NCBI GenBank assembly: GCA_963575745.1
Contig: CAUYUJ010000114.1
Coordinates: 930,001 to 994,000, forward strand
Direction: 5' to 3'
Length of the DNA stretch: 64,000 nucleotides
From: Prorocentrum cordatum
Lineage: Eukaryota
The position numbers and the translations under genes were made by a program. The notes below the pieces were generated by a model. The model was not told where the DNA came from. It made no database searches and saw nothing but the letters and a program-made list of their open reading frames with translations. Below, piece after piece: positions 42,398-56,064 of this stretch (position 1 is its first letter; every line of letters begins with the position of its first letter).

Positions 42398-45300
42398 GTG
42401 GGGGCGCGTGCCAAGAGACCAGTTGGATTTTGCCAGGGTGCCCTGGGTTTCTTGGATTTCGATGGGCCCCAAATGAGATCTTGACGATTTTCGATCGACA
42501 AATGGGGTTACTCGATCGGGCCGGACGAAAGGGGGGGATTGGGAAAGGGGGGGTACGAAATTTGCTGCATGCAGCTCGTTTCGGCCTCACCGAGGGGCCC
42601 ATTCCTCGATACATAGCCGCCTCCGGCGCCGGGAGGCGCCGGGAAAATCAGCTACGTGAGCTGATGCTCAAACCCCCCCTTTGCTATCCCCCCCTTTCGC
42701 CCGACCCGACTCGAGGCCTCCCAGATGGGGTCCGAGTAGATGGGTCGGAGGATCGCGCCGCATCGCCGATGCATGGGCGATGCATCGGCCACACGTCGGC
42801 GATGTATCGGCGACGTTTGCAACGCATCGGCGTCGTCGGCGTGGAGAAGGTCGGGCTCCACATCGAGCCGCGTCGCCGATGCATCGGCGATGCGGCGCAA
42901 TCCTCCGACCCCATCAACTCGGACCCCCGTCTGGGGGCCTCTGTCCATCCTGGAAAGAGCTTGTCGCCACGACTGGACTCGCATCGAAACTCCCGTCAGA
43001 ACGCACCAAAGAAGAGGTTTGAGGAGCAGCAGCATCGGTTTCTTCTGGTTTTCCCGGGGGAGTCCTGAGGGAAACGGGTCCCGTGTCTTTTCGTGTTTGG
43101 TTGTTTAACCTCTCGGGGCCCTCCCGGGTCCTTGGAAGAGATCTTGGGGATGAAGAGTGCGTCTTGGGGGGAGGTCCCGGGGTCCAGGACCCGTTTCCCT
43201 CATGCCGAAGAGAGGGAGGGGGAGGAATGTCGACGTCGTCGTTGCCGTGACTTCAATGGGTGGAAGCTTCGTCGCCACAGTCGGGCGCGGCTTGAGAGCC
43301 AGGTCAGGATAGTGCCCGCGCGGGATCAAGGAAACCAGTCTCTCTTGAAGGTACCTCGAAGGTCGATGCTCACAGGAGTGAGACGAAGAGGGAGTCAGCC
43401 CAGGCGATGGAATTTCTCTGCTGATAAAGGTTCGGGCCGAACGCAGGGGGGGATAGGGAAAGGGGGGGGTACGAATTCTGCTGCATGTAGCTGGTTTCGG
43501 CCCCACCGCTGGGCCCATTCCTCGACACCTGGGCGCCTCCCGGCGCCGCGAGGCGCTGGGCAAACATGTGAGCTGATTCTCAACCCTCTCCTTTGCTGTC
43601 CCCCCCTGTCGCCCGGCCCGAGGGGCGCCAGGGAGCGAGCGGCTCCGCACCCAGCGCTTCCCCCTGGGGACCTCGCGAGGCCGCGTTGCGGCGCACACCG
43701 ACGGCCGGGCACGCTCTGCAGGCGGGGGCGGAGCGCCCACCGCGGTGGCCGAAGCTCGAGGCTCGAAGGGCGGCGAGGCCGAAGCCGCACCCGACCCTCG
43801 AGAGGCCAGGCTTCCAGGGCAGCCACTCGTTGGAGACTTCGTCCCGGCTAGGGGGCCACATGCGAACTGGCGGCGCAGGCGCTGGCGCCGGCGGCGGCGG
43901 CGGCGGCGTGGCGGCGGCGGCGGCGGGCGGCGGCGGCGGCGGCGGCGGCGGCGGAGGCGGCGGTGGCGGAGGCGGATTGGCCCCCAGTAGTTAGCTACCC
44001 ATCCAAAGACGACTGCTGAATATGCTGAGGCTCGGGCCAGACTCGGGTGCTACGTATGTGTTGGGAGGGCGGGTGGGAGTGAGCGAGACAGCTTGCGGGC
44101 GGGGAGGGTTTCTTGACCCTACCCCCCCCCCGATTTCTGAGGGGGAGGGTGGGGTTCACTTCGCTCGGGAGCTCCCGAGCGAGGTGAGCCTCACCCTCCC
44201 CTTCAGAAATCGTGGGGGGTCGGGGTAGGGTTCGCATCTGGTCTCCTGCTGGCGGTTCCGTGTCTCCTTTGACGGGCTCCAGAGCGAGCAGACGTTGGCA
44301 CTGTGTTCTGGCGTTCCCATGCTCGAGCTCCTTTCACTTGTTCCTTTTTCATGTTGCAAATTGCACAGCAGTGGTGCTCATTCTAGTAAGCTTACCTAGC
44401 CTTGCGGTCCCAATAACGGACTTGAGAGCTCTTCGCCGTTCGCAGGTCACGGTAGACACTTTTGAATTGATATCATTGTCGTCAGTGCGGTTTGAGCTGT
44501 GTGTTATTTCTCGCGTCTCGAGTTGGAGCCTGCATTGTCTGAAGCACGGCCGCTGCTGAGGAGGAGGAGGAGGAGGAAGAGGAGGAGGACAGAGGAGAGA
44601 TCAGAGAGGAGAGGAAGGAGAGAGGAGAGAGGAGGATGAGGAGGACGAGAAGGAGGAGGAGGAGGAGGAGGAGGAGACGCAGGAGGAGGCGGAGGAGGAG
44701 GAGGAGGAGGAGTTCTGGGCGGCGGAGGAGCAACATCAATAAATCTGAGCGTCGGGCCCCCCTCCGAGGTGGGTCGGCCGGTCCTTGAGCTGGCCTTTCC
44801 CGGCGTGATCTTGGACCTTTCGCGATCCCTCTATCCTGGACCCCCTCGAACCATCGACGCGATCCTCGATCTCTTGATCCTCGTTCCCTCGACCCAAACA
44901 CGTCGACCCCCTTGATTCGCGAACCTCGATCTCTTGAGCTTCGATCCCTCGATCTGGAAACCTCGCTCTCTTGATCTTCGTTCCCTCGATCCTGAAAATT
45001 TCCACCCTGGACAGGTGAGCCTGGCGGCCCTGGGGCTGGCCTGTCTCGGCGTAATACTAGACCCTTCCATCCCTCGGTCCTGGATCCCATCGACCTCTTG
45101 ACCCTCGAAGCCTCGATCTCTTGATCCTCGGCCCCTCGTTCCCTCGACCCTGGAGGAGGCGGCGGAGAAGAGGAGGAGGAGGAGGAGGAGGAGGAGGAGG
45201 AGGAGGAGGAGGAGGACGTGGAGGAGGAGGAGGACGTGGAGGAGGAGGAGGAGGAGCAGGAGGAGGAGGACGTGGAGGAGGAGGAGGAGGAGGAGGAGAT

Positions 45301-45959
45301 GTGGAGGAGGATGTGGAGGAGGAGGAGCAGAGGAGCAGGAGGAGCAGGAGAGGAGGAGTGGAGAGGAGCAGAGAGGGGGAGGGAAGGGAGGGAGGGGGGA
45401 GGGAGGGGGGGAGGGAGGGAGGGAGGGAGGGGAGGGAGGAGGGGGGAGGGAGGGAGGGAGGGGGAGGGAGGGAGGGAGGAGGGAGGAGGAGAGGAGGGGA
45501 GGAGGAGGAGGGAGGAGGAGGAGGAGGAGGAGGAGGAGGAGGAGGAGGAGGAGGAGGAGGAGGAGGTCTGGGCGTCGGGCATTCTCCGAGGTGGGCCTGG
45601 CCGCCCTCGGGCTGGCATCCCTCGGCGCGGCAGCTGCCAGCGGGCTCCCTGCGCGGGCGGCGCCTGGCCGCGCGGCCGGCGCGGGCGCCGGGCTGAGGCC
45701 GCCTCCCCACCCTCGGGGCCCAACAGACGGGGGTCAGTGCAAACGGGGGTCAGCCAGAGCGCCAGATCCTGCAGGATCCTGCGAAGGCCCCCTCTGGCTG
45801 ACCCGGGTTAGCGAGCCGCTCGTGGCCGCTAACCCGGGTCAGCCAGAGGGGTCCTTCGCAGTGCGCGACCGCCCCGCCCGTGGTCAACTTAGGGATTGAC
45901 GACAGTGGAGGGAAGGACAGGAAGGTGCGTGGCAGGAACAACAAAAACAAAGCCACGGT

Positions 45960-47950
45960 TGCTAAGGCGGCCCGTCGTGGCCGAAGGACGCGCAGGATTC
46001 CTGCCGCGGGGGATTTTTGCTTTGCAGCATGTCTGCTGGGTCCATGGTTTCTCGAATGGGGAGTTGGCCAAAGTTCGTCGCCTTGCTGGTTCGTCTCTCA
46101 AGCCTTCCGCAGGAGGCCCCCCCCTGGTCTCGCTTCTGAGACTCGAGGGCGATCCGGCGCGTTTCGGCGCGGTTGCCCCTATCTTCCGCTACGCGCGCGA
46201 AGTGTGGTTCCGGCGTACATCCGCCACCCTCAAAGGCTTTGGAAGTTCTTGAGGGACTCCTGGAACCAGGCCTTCAGCGGGCCTTGCTCGATGCTTGTCG
46301 ATGGCCAGGCTTAGCTGGGCCATGTGTCAGCCTTTCGGGTTCGTGGACGGCCTTGGGATTCCCTTGTCTTTTCCCCCCGCCTCCCATGCTTGGCTCAGAA
46401 AGGCACCTCCCGCGCGAGTGTTCTTGCAGGCTTCTGGCGCGTGAGGTGGGGGCCAAGTGCGCCTTGGACAACGGGTTGTGCTTCGTCATTGTTTTGGAGG
46501 GTCTGGCGTCCAAAAAGTTTTCGGCTTTGGACAAGGGCGCCATCCGCGCCGTCAGCTGCAATGATACCTGGCCTATGTCTCGCGTTGAAGACGCGCGCGC
46601 GCCAGGTGGGCGCGGAGAACCAGGCGACGCAGTGCTCCACCGCTTGTGGGCTTGCAAGTCCTGCGAGGATTTGGGTGCCGAGCTCGTCCCTGCCCAAGTA
46701 GTGGAGTGTGCACAGCCAGACCTTTCGGAAGGTGAACGGTTTCAGTTCGAGACAGGTCTACGCCCTCACCCTGGTGTTGGGTGGCCTAGATCCCCTGGAC
46801 AGGACGACGCTTTCGCCTCTCAAGTTTGTAGAGTTTTTGAGGCTGCTGGGCCAGCCGCCTCTTTCAGCACATCGAGTGGCTTCGCCACGCACGCGGACGA
46901 GAGTGACGAGCTGGTGGTGGTGGGGGTCTCTTTTGGGATGGCTGGTGTCAGAAGTCTCCGATCAAGGAGCTTTGGAGGGCGGGATGGGGAACGGCCAAGC
47001 TCTCGCCTGACGGGGAGCTCGGGGCTCTCCCGCATGGTCCCCCCTCCTCCAGTTACGTATCCCCAGACTAGCCAAGCAACTGAGACCGGGGCCCCAGCTT
47101 GCACGGCGGCTTACCTCTCGCCCCATCCCGTGATTTCAAGAATGGCTGTGAGAATGTTGTGAGGTTGCGGTCCCCTTCCAGGTCCGAGCGTCATTCGCAT
47201 CGGCGCATGTGCGCGGGCCTTTTTTTGCACGCGGACGCTTGGTCCGACGGAGTGATCTCAGGCATGGACAGGGTTGTAGCTCTTCAAGAATCAGACCCCC
47301 CCTGGACTCTGACGAGCTCACTCGGGGGAAGGGGAACGATTGGGCCGATCGGGCCGCCAAGTTGAGGTCAAGCTGGCCGCTCGTGTTATGCCCCTTCGGC
47401 CACGGACCGACCTGGACGGTGTCCAACAGGCGCCGAGGCCGAAGGTAGCCCAAGGACAGCTTTCTGGCCACGAGTGGTCTCTCGTGGGCCACCCCCCTCG
47501 GATCTTTTGACAGCGCATTCACTGCCGCAGGGGCTCGCGCACCAAGACGCAGCCCCCAGAGGGCAGGTGCACCCGTCACCTCAAGGTCAGCCCCCTCCCT
47601 GAGAACGCTTGACCATCGTTGCGTGCTCATTGATTGCAGCGACGCGTCGATCGCTCTTGTGTTTGTCAGCGGCGCAGCTGCTACACGTCAGGTGAGCGGC
47701 TTGCAAAGCTCGGCAAACATGCGAGCCCCTCGCGGAGCCGCATACGAGTGAGATGTGGAGGATGTTCGGCAAGGGTCTTCATCCCACGAGGAATGGGGTC
47801 ACAGTCGACCTCTCCGCCTCTCTACCCATCCAACTGGGCCTTTGACCATGAATGTCAAGGAACAACGTAACGTATATTTGCAGCGTTCTGGTTCAGTAGG
47901 TGCACGTTGCAGCGGCATCGGCATACCAGCCTGGCGGTTAATGTAGCAGT
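45960..47950 (+). mobile_element. Decayed non-LTR retrotransposon (LINE) 3' fragment: post-RT zinc-knuckle region and C-terminal RNase H remnants
   Basis: DKGAIRAVSCNDTWPMSR, GEPGDAVLHRLWAC (His ~46638; zf-RVT-like), CENVV and GNDWADRAAK (47332-47361; RNase H GNxxADxxAK). The motifs are split across frames. Confidence 0.6.
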
Positions 47951-48424
47951 ATCGTAAACGATCGGCACTTCAAAACAATCTGAGTGAGGTACCGTTGTGT
48001 CCATCACGACCTAGATGTCCTCCTATGTAAGCTCCCCACTCGCCCGTTTGGTCTGGCCGTGGAGCATCTGTGGAGGCCCGCGTTTGCTGTGGGGCCCAGG
48101 CGGGGGGTAGGCCAAGGGTATCGTAGCACTCGAATGTAATCGGGTTGCTGTCCTGGCCCAGCAGGTCGATGAAATATCCGCAAGGGTTTCTTTCTCTGCC
48201 GCTGGCTCCTTCTCTATCGTAATGGGATCTATTGAATCGCTTCGCTCATTCCGCCGGCCCGTGATATGGCATCGCTGGTTTTTGTCTGTGTATTCGTTGC
48301 CCATGTTGCGCTCTTGGGGGCGGGTGTCGTTCGGACGCGTTGCGTGGGGAGTTTTGATGGTGAAGCAGTTCCCTGGGGGTCGTCTCTCGATGGGGCGAAA
48401 TAGAGTCGTCGTCAAGATGCTTCT

Positions 48425-49060
48425 TTGGGGGGCCTCTTGGGGTCTGTTGAGAGGCCGTTCGGGGGCGCCTGGGAGACATGTTTGAAGCCTTCTGGGGCTT
48501 CTTTTGGGCCTCCTGGGAGTCTCCTGGGGCCTCTTGGCGACATCTTGGGGCCTCTTGGAGGCCTCTTGGGGCCTCTTTGGGACCTCCTGGGCGCCTTCTG
48601 GGACGGAGGGCTCCATTTTTGAGTTCTCGGTATCCCTCCTGAGTCCCTCTTGGGCCCGTCTTGGGGCCTCTTGGTCCGTCTTGGGCGGCACTTGGGCCGT
48701 CTTGAGGGCTCTCTTGGGTCGTTTCGGCGCCGTCTTGGGAGCTTCGTGGGCCGTCTTGGAGCGGTCTTGGGGGCCTCTTGGGCCGTCTTGGAGCGTCCGG
48801 AAGCCGAAAAAGCCAGAACACAAAAAACATAGAAAAAACCAATGAAAATCAACGATTTTGGCCTCTTGGGGCTCTCTTCGGAGGCCTCTTGGAAGGCTCT
48901 TGGGGCGTCTTGGAGGCCTCTTGGGCTGTCTTGGGGGCCTTTTGGGCCGTCTTGGGGTCATCTTCGGCGTCTTCGAGCGCTCTTTGGGCGTCTCGGGGGC
49001 CTCTTGGGCAGTCTTGGGGGCCTCTTGGGGCACTCTGAGCGCGCTCTGGGGAGCCTGAGA
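48425..49060. repeat. Degenerate 10-11-bp minisatellite (GGGCCTCTT/GGGCCGTCTT); related tracts at ~34270-34800 and, reversed, 57418-57650
   Basis: Directly visible periodicity. Confidence 0.85.
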
Positions 49061-52000
49061 GGCCGCACCCAGAAGGAAAACCATCTCTGAGTAGACTTGG
49101 TCGGGCGGCGGTGGTCGGGCGGCGACCGGGCGTTGGTCGGGGTACTTTTCGCCGGGGGACCCCCAGGGGCCGCCCCGCGCGCGCGAACTAGAAATACTGT
49201 TAATACTGTTAACCAGTTACCGGAGATCTTAGCACGCCCTGGCCCGTTGGGCCGGCGAATTATTCATCAGAGCTACGTTGGGGTGTCTGGGCGCCGCGCC
49301 TTGAAGACGTTTGAAAGCAATATGCGAGGGCAGACAGGAATCATCAAATCATATTGATGTGTTGCAGTTCGTACTCAGCGCTATGTGGCCTAATTCGAGC
49401 GCCCCCGTCGTGCTACGCACTAGAAGCCCTCTCGGTACGATTGGGGGCTGCTGGAGGCCATCTGGGGCCACGCCCGAGCATCGGGAGCACGGCTCTGCCG
49501 CATCTTGCGAGGGTTGTTGGTCCAAGGAGGCGGCCTCTTGCCTCGAATGGACAAGGCCCGCGGCGGCACCGACTGGAAGAGGAGGAGGAGGAGGAGGAGG
49601 AGGAGGAGGAGGAGAGGAAGAGGAGGAGAAAGAGGAGGAGGAGGAGGAGGAGGAGGAGGAGGAGGAGGAGAGCGAGGAGAGCGAGGAGCGAGGCGCTGGC
49701 ATGCCCAGCCTGGTCGCTTGTTCAAATTGGATAGGGGCGTTCGTCCCTACAGTCGGGGCCCTGAAGAACGAACCCTTTTCGTTGGGGAGGGGCTCCGTGT
49801 CCCCTGATTGCTTCACAGTTTGCCCTGGGTTTTGCTCTGGTCTCCGATGGGAAGTCGAAGTCCAGCTTCTGGATCTGAGGGGCCTCGTTCCTCATTCAGG
49901 GTTCCTTGGGTCAACGCTCCGACTGTCTTCCTTCCGTGCCTAAGTCGATCGCACTGGTCCCTCTTTGCGCGGCGACGGTCGCGACGGCGTCGGCGGTGCC
50001 GGCGGCCTCGGCCGCCCGCAGGGCCGCCGTCGCGCTCGCGGAGGACGCGCCCGCAGCGGACGGCGAGGACGGCGGCGCCGCCGAGGTGGCCGGCGGCGTA
50101 TCATCCCTGGCCCGTCGCCCCTGCCCCTTGGCATCGTTCGGACGTGTGCACTTTTTTCCTCGGCGAGGACCTCCGAGGAGCGTCCTCGACCATCCGGCGA
50201 AAAAAAAAGACGCACGAAACCGAACAAAAACACAGGGAATGGACGTCCGAGCGATGGCCAGGCCCCTACCCCCCACGATTTCTGAGGGGGAGGGGGGGGG
50301 TTCACTTCGCTCGGGAGCTCCCGAGCGAAGGGAGCCCCACCCTCCCCCTCAGAAGTCGTGGGGGGTGGGGGTAGGGTTCGCATGTGGCCCCCCTTAGGCC
50401 AGCGCAACTCCGGGGCCACGTTAGGGGAGTGATGGGCTCAGGGGGGGCGGGACACATCCGACCCCCCATCGCCAATTCATCGCCGATATAGAGCACCGAT
50501 AGCCCAGGCCGCCCAGGAGCGCGCGGATTCGCTGTCGGGGGCCTGTCGCTGATCTATCGGCGTTGCGTCGCCGCCGATTCCAGGTCGATGCTTCTCCCCC
50601 TGAGTCTATCCCTGTTGCAGGATTCAGGGCCATGGCCATACATACATGGTGAGTTCTCAGGCGAAACGGACGGCCCGCCTGACCGACTTGTCTCGGAGCG
50701 CGGCGGGAAGGAGTTTCTTGCAAGGAAGAGGCATGGAGGAGGAGGAGGAGGAGGAGGAGATGGAGGAGGAGGAGGAGGAGGAGGAGGAGGCCTGCGCTCA
50801 CGGCCGCCCACGTTTCCCCTTGGTCCCCATCCTGCTCCTGGGTATGCCGAGACGTTTCGTTTCGTTGTCGGATCACCACGAGTTTTGAGATTTCGAGAAA
50901 GCCGTATAGAGCTTGATTGGAAAGCGTTGGGACTTGCGCGCGGAACCATCTCCTTGTCCTCCTTGTCATCGTCATGATTTCCCTCCTCCTCCTCCTCATC
51001 CCCCTCCTCCTCCTCTTCCTCCTCCCCACGAGGAGTGAGGGGAGTGAAAGGGGGAGGAGGACAGGAGGAAGAGAAGGGGGAGGAGGAGGAGCAGGAGGAG
51101 GAGGCGTACGGGCCGTACTACAGCCCCTTAGGATCCAGCAGTGCAGTCCCCAACTCCTACACCCGCTCCTTACACAGGTTCATCAGCAGTTCCTACCACA
51201 GCCACGCGCATAGCTCTCACTACAAGTCTTCGTGCAGGTCATCATACAGGTGACGGCACACGTGCAATTCCATGTCCTAGTGCAGTTCTTATTGCAATTC
51301 CAAGTACAGCCAGTAGCACGGCGTTCATTTGTGTTCCGACCGAAGTGTCTATTACACGTCCAATTGCCAACAGTCGCACATACTCCAATCGCAAGGCTGT
51401 TTCCGTTACATGTCTTGCTCGAGTTCCGAGCGCAGGTTTTAGTACAACACAGTTTACAGTTATCACCACAGTGTCTACCAATTGGCATGCGGCACATCAA
51501 GATAGAGTTCTTACCACAGTCCTTTGGGCACTTACACAGCTCCTGTTACGCTCCTTACGGCCTTTGTACAGCTCTCATTGCAGCTCTTAATATTGCCCAC
51601 CTCTGCAGCTCATACACCAGGCCGTACTACAGCTCTTACTACACCCAGCACTACGACTCTCACAGCTGTCCCTCGACAGCTCCCACTACAACTCCGACTA
51701 GAACTCCACACAACAGATATTACGACAGCCTCATTTAACAGTTTCTACTGTCGCTGGCCGCACAACTCTCACCACAACTCTTGCTACACTTTCTGTTACG
51801 GGTGATGGCCCAATCCTAACACATATGCCAGCGCAGCTATGTTTGCAAGTGTTGCCACAGCCAGTAGCACAGCCTTCAGGACTGGTTTCGCTAAAGCCCG
51901 CACAGAACTTCGAACCGATACCTTATTACTGATCATGACTCTCCCGAAACAGCTCCTGGCATAGCATCCCGTGAAAACAACGTTCCAGCCCTACTTGCAG

Positions 52001-52503
52001 CTTGCATTAGCATGTCTACTACGTACCTTAGTCCAGCTCTTCCTACAGTTCCCCGACATGGCTTCTGGTACAGCTCCTATGCCTCCGTCCCTGGATTGGG
52101 GATTCCCGTGCCAGGGGCGGGGGAGGAGGAGGAGGAGGAGGAGGAGGAGGAGGAGGAGGAGGAGGAGGAGGGCCCGCCCCGAGTCCGGGCCCGCTGCCCT
52201 CCCGTCAGGGCGGCGCCGACGACGGCTCTGCCTCTTTGCCCTTCGACTGCGAGGCGCGCCGTCCGCCGTCCAGTCTGCCGTTTCTTTGCTTGGTGCGTCT
52301 CTTCTACGATCGAGGACGAGGAAGAGGAGGAGGATGAGAAAGAGGAGGATGAGGAGGAGAGAAGGAGGGGGAGGGAGAGGGGGAAAGGGAGGGGGTGAGG
52401 GAGGAGGAGGAGCTCATTGCGGCAGTCCCGACACCGTGCCACCCCAGCATTCTGGGTTGCGACTGTTCGAGGGGGCACGGGAGGCCGGCTCGTGTGGCAC
52501 CTC

Positions 52504-53273
52504 GTGTGTGTGTGTGTGTGTGCGCGTGTGCGGGTGTGCGCGTGTGCGCGTGTGCGCGCGTGCGTGCGTGCGCGTGTGCGCGCGTGTGTGTGTGTGTGTG
52601 TGTGCGTGCGTGCGTGTGTGTGTGTGTGTGTGCGTGTGTGTGTAGGGGTGTGTGCGTGTGTGTGTGTGTGTCGGTGTGTGTGTGTGTGGGTGCGTGGGTG
52701 CGTGGGTGTGTGGATGTGCGGGTGTGTGGGTGTGTGGGTGTGTGGGGGTGTGGGTGTGTGGGTGTGGGGGTGTGGGGTGTGGTGGTGTGCGTGGGTGTGG
52801 GGGTGTGAGGGTATGGGGGCGTGTGGGGGTGTGTGTGGGGGGTGTGGGGGTGTGTGGGGGTATGTGTGTGTGTGTGTGTGTGGGGGTGTGTGGGGGTGTG
52901 TTGTGTGTGTGGGGGTGTGTGGGGGTGTGGGGGGTGTGGGGGTGTGGGTGTGTGTGTGGGGGTGTGGGGTTTGTGGGGTGTGTTGGGTGTGTGGGGTGTG
53001 TGGGTGTGTGTGCGGGTGTGTGGGTGAATTGGGGGTGATTGGGGGTGTTTGCGGTGTTGTGCGGTGTGTGCGGTGTGTGCGGTGGGGTGGGTGTGTGGGT
53101 GTGTGTGGGTGTGTGGGTGTGTGGGGTGTGTGGGTGTGTGTGGGGGTGTGTGGGGGTGTGTGGGGGTGTGTGGGGGAGTGGGGGTGTGTGGGGGTGTGGG
53201 GGTGTGTCTGTGCGTGTGCGTGTGGGTGTGCGCGTGCGTGTGTGCCTGTGTGCATGTGCGTGTGCATGTGGGT

Positions 53274-53318
<45 letters not shown>

Positions 53319-53637
53319 AGTATGTGTGAGTGCGTGTGTGTGTGTGTCTTGTCTTGTCTTGTCTTGTCTTGTCTTGTCTTGTCTTGTGTTGTGTTGTGTT
53401 GTGTTGTGTTGTGTTGTGTTGTGTTGTGTTGTGTTGTGTTGTGTTGTGTTGTGTTGTGTTGTGTTGTGTTGTGTGTGTTGTGGTGTGGTGTGTTGTGTTG
53501 TGTTGTGTTTGTGTTGTGTTGTGTTTGTTGTGTTGTGTGTGTTGTGTTGTGTGTTGTGTGTTGTGTGTTGAGTGTGTTGTGTGTTGTGTGTGCTGTGTGT
53601 GTTGTGTGTGCGTGTGTTGTGTGTGTGCGCGTGTGTG

Positions 53638-53673
<36 letters not shown>

Positions 53674-55975
53674 TGTGTGCGTGCGTGTGTGTAGTGGGTG
53701 TGGTGCCTGTGTGTGGGTGTGTGTGGTGTGTGTGCGTGATGTGGTGTATGTGTGTGCGTTGTGCGCGTGGGCGCGTGACGATAATGGTGCTGAATGAGTG
53801 TGTGTGTGTGGTGTGGCGTGTGCGCGTGTGAGGCCCCAGGTTTGTGAGCGTTGTGCGTGTGCGCGCTGTGTGCGTGACTGTGTGCTGTGTGCTGTGTGCA
53901 AACTGTGTGCTGTTTGCTTGTGTGCTGCTTTGGGTTGTGTGCTGCGGGTGTTGTGTTTGTGTATGGGGGGGGGGTGGTTCGTGGTGGTGGTGTGTGGTTG
54001 TGTGTGCGTTGCGCGTGCGCGTGGCGCGTGCGCGTGCGCGTGCGCGAATGGGTGTGCGGTGGTGTGGTGTGTGTGGTGTGTGGTGTGTGTCGTGCGTGTC
54101 GCGTTAGTGCGCGTGTGTGCGTGCGTGCGTGCGTGTGCGTGTGCGTCGTGTGCGTGTGCAGTAAGTTGACGTGGTTGTGTGCGCATTGGCGGTGTGGTTG
54201 TGTGGGTGTGTGTGGCGTGTGTGTGCGTAGTGCGTGGTTCGTGTGCGTTTGTGCGGTGTGTGGGTGTGTGAGTGTGCATTGTGGCGTCGTCGTGAGTTGG
54301 CGTGTCGTTGCTTGTGGTTGTTTGCGTGTGTGCGTGTGCGTGTGTGCGTGGTGTGTGTGTGTGTTGTGCGTGTGCGTGTTCGCGTGTGCGTGTGTGCGTG
54401 TGCGTGTGTGCTGTGCGTGTGCGTTGTGCGTGCGTGTTGTGCGTGTGTGTTGTGCGTGTGTGTTGCTCGTGTGTGGTGTGCTTGTGTGTGTGTGCGTATG
54501 TGACTGCGTGTGTGTTGTGCGTGTGCGTGTGTGCGTGTGCGCGCGCGTGTGCGTATGCTTGTCCCGTGTGCTTGTGCGGGTGCGTGTGGCGTGTGCTGTG
54601 CGCTTGTGTGCGTGTGGTGTTGTGTGTGTATTGTGTGTTGTGTGCGTGCGTGTGTTGTGCGTGGTGGTGTGTGTGTGTGCGTGTGGTGTTGTGTAGTGTG
54701 CGTGTGTGTGTGTGGTGTGTGTGTGTGTGTCGTGTTTGTGTGTGTGGGTGTGTTTGTGTGTGTGGGTGTGTGCGGGTGTGCGGGTGTGCGGGTGTGGCGG
54801 TGTGCGGTGTGCAGGTGCGTCCGTGCGGCGTGCGTGTGTGCGTGCGTGCGTGGGTGCGTGTGTGCGCGTGTGCGCGTGTGCGCGTGTGTGCGTGTGTGCG
54901 TGTGCGCGTGTGTGTGGGTGTGGGTGTGTGGGAATGGGTGTGTGTGTGGGTGGGTGCGTGTGCGTGGGTGTGTGCGTGCGTGCGTGCGTGCGGGTGCGGG
55001 TGCGTTGTGTGTGTGTGCGTGTGCGTTGTGTGTGTGTGCGTGTGCGGCTGTGCGGCTGTGCGGCTGTGCGGCTGTGCGTGTGTGCGTGTGTGCGTGTGTG
55101 CGTGTGTGCGTGCGTGTAAGCGTGTAAGCGTGTAAGCGTGTAAGCGTGTAAACGTGTGAGCGTGTGAGCGTGTGAGCGTGTGAGCGTGTGCGCGTGTGCG
55201 CGTGTGCGCGTGTGCGCGTGTGCGCGTGTGCGCGTGTGCGCGTGTGCGCGTGTGCGCGTGTGCGCGTGTGTGCGTGTGTGCGTGTGCGCGTGCGCGTGTG
55301 CGCGTGTGCGCGTGCGCGCGCGCGTGCGCGTGTGCGTGTGTGCGCGTGTTCGCGTGTGCGCGTGTGCGCGTGTGCGCGTGTGCGCGTGTAAGCGTGTGCG
55401 CGTCTGCGCGTGTGCGCGTGTGCGCGTGTGCGCGTGCGTGCGTGCGTGCGTGCGTGTGTGCGGCTGTGCGTGTGTGCGTGTGTGCGTGTGTGCGTGTGTG
55501 CGTGTGTGCGTGTGTGCGTGTGTGCGTGTGTGCGTGTGCGCGTGTGTGCGTGTGTGCGTGTGTGCACGTTTGTGCGTGTGAGCGTGTGCGTGTGTGCGTG
55601 GGTGTGTGTGTGTGTGCGTGTGCGTATGCGTGTGCGTGAACTGGGCGTGGGGCGTGGGGCGTGTGGCGTGTGGCATGTGGCGTGTGGCGTGTGTGTGTGT
55701 GTGTGTGTGGGTGTGGGTGTGTCCGAACGGGTGTGGGTGTGTGGGTGGGTGGGTGGGTTGGTGCGTGCGCGTGTGCGCGTGCGTGCGTGCGTGCGTGCGT
55801 GCGTGTGTGCGTGTTTAAGTGTGCGCGAATGCGGTGTGTGTGGTGTGCGCGTGTGCGCGTGTGCGCGTGTGCGCGTGAGCGCGTTCGTGCGTGTGCGCGT
55901 GTGCGTGTGCGTCTGCGTGTGCGTGTGCGTTGTGCGTGTGCGTGTGTGCGTGTGTGTGTGTTGTGTGTTGTTTGT
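52504..55975. repeat. 3.5-kb GT-rich compound microsatellite field ((GT)n, (GTGC)n, (GTGTT)n, (GTCTT)n, (GCGTGTGC)n)
   Basis: Directly visible. Source of the >1000-aa His/Thr and Cys/Val ORFs. Confidence 0.97.
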
Positions 55976-56064
55976 TCCCCATATCCTAAGATGGGGTTCT
56001 TGTTATTACTTGGACGCCTCCTACTCCTTCTTCTTCTCCTCCTCCCCTCTTCTCGCCTCCTCCT

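Noticed and set aside
48023..49084. 353-aa minus-strand ORF
   Set aside because: Mostly translation of the GGGCCTCTT minisatellite. The remaining ~130 aa show no motif I can assign.
51105..52085. Lower-GC segment with ORFs of 105-168 aa (Q/L/V- or C/T-periodic)
   Set aside because: It looks like a highly degenerate ~12-nt minisatellite (ctacagctc-like). No recognisable motifs or splice-consistent exons.
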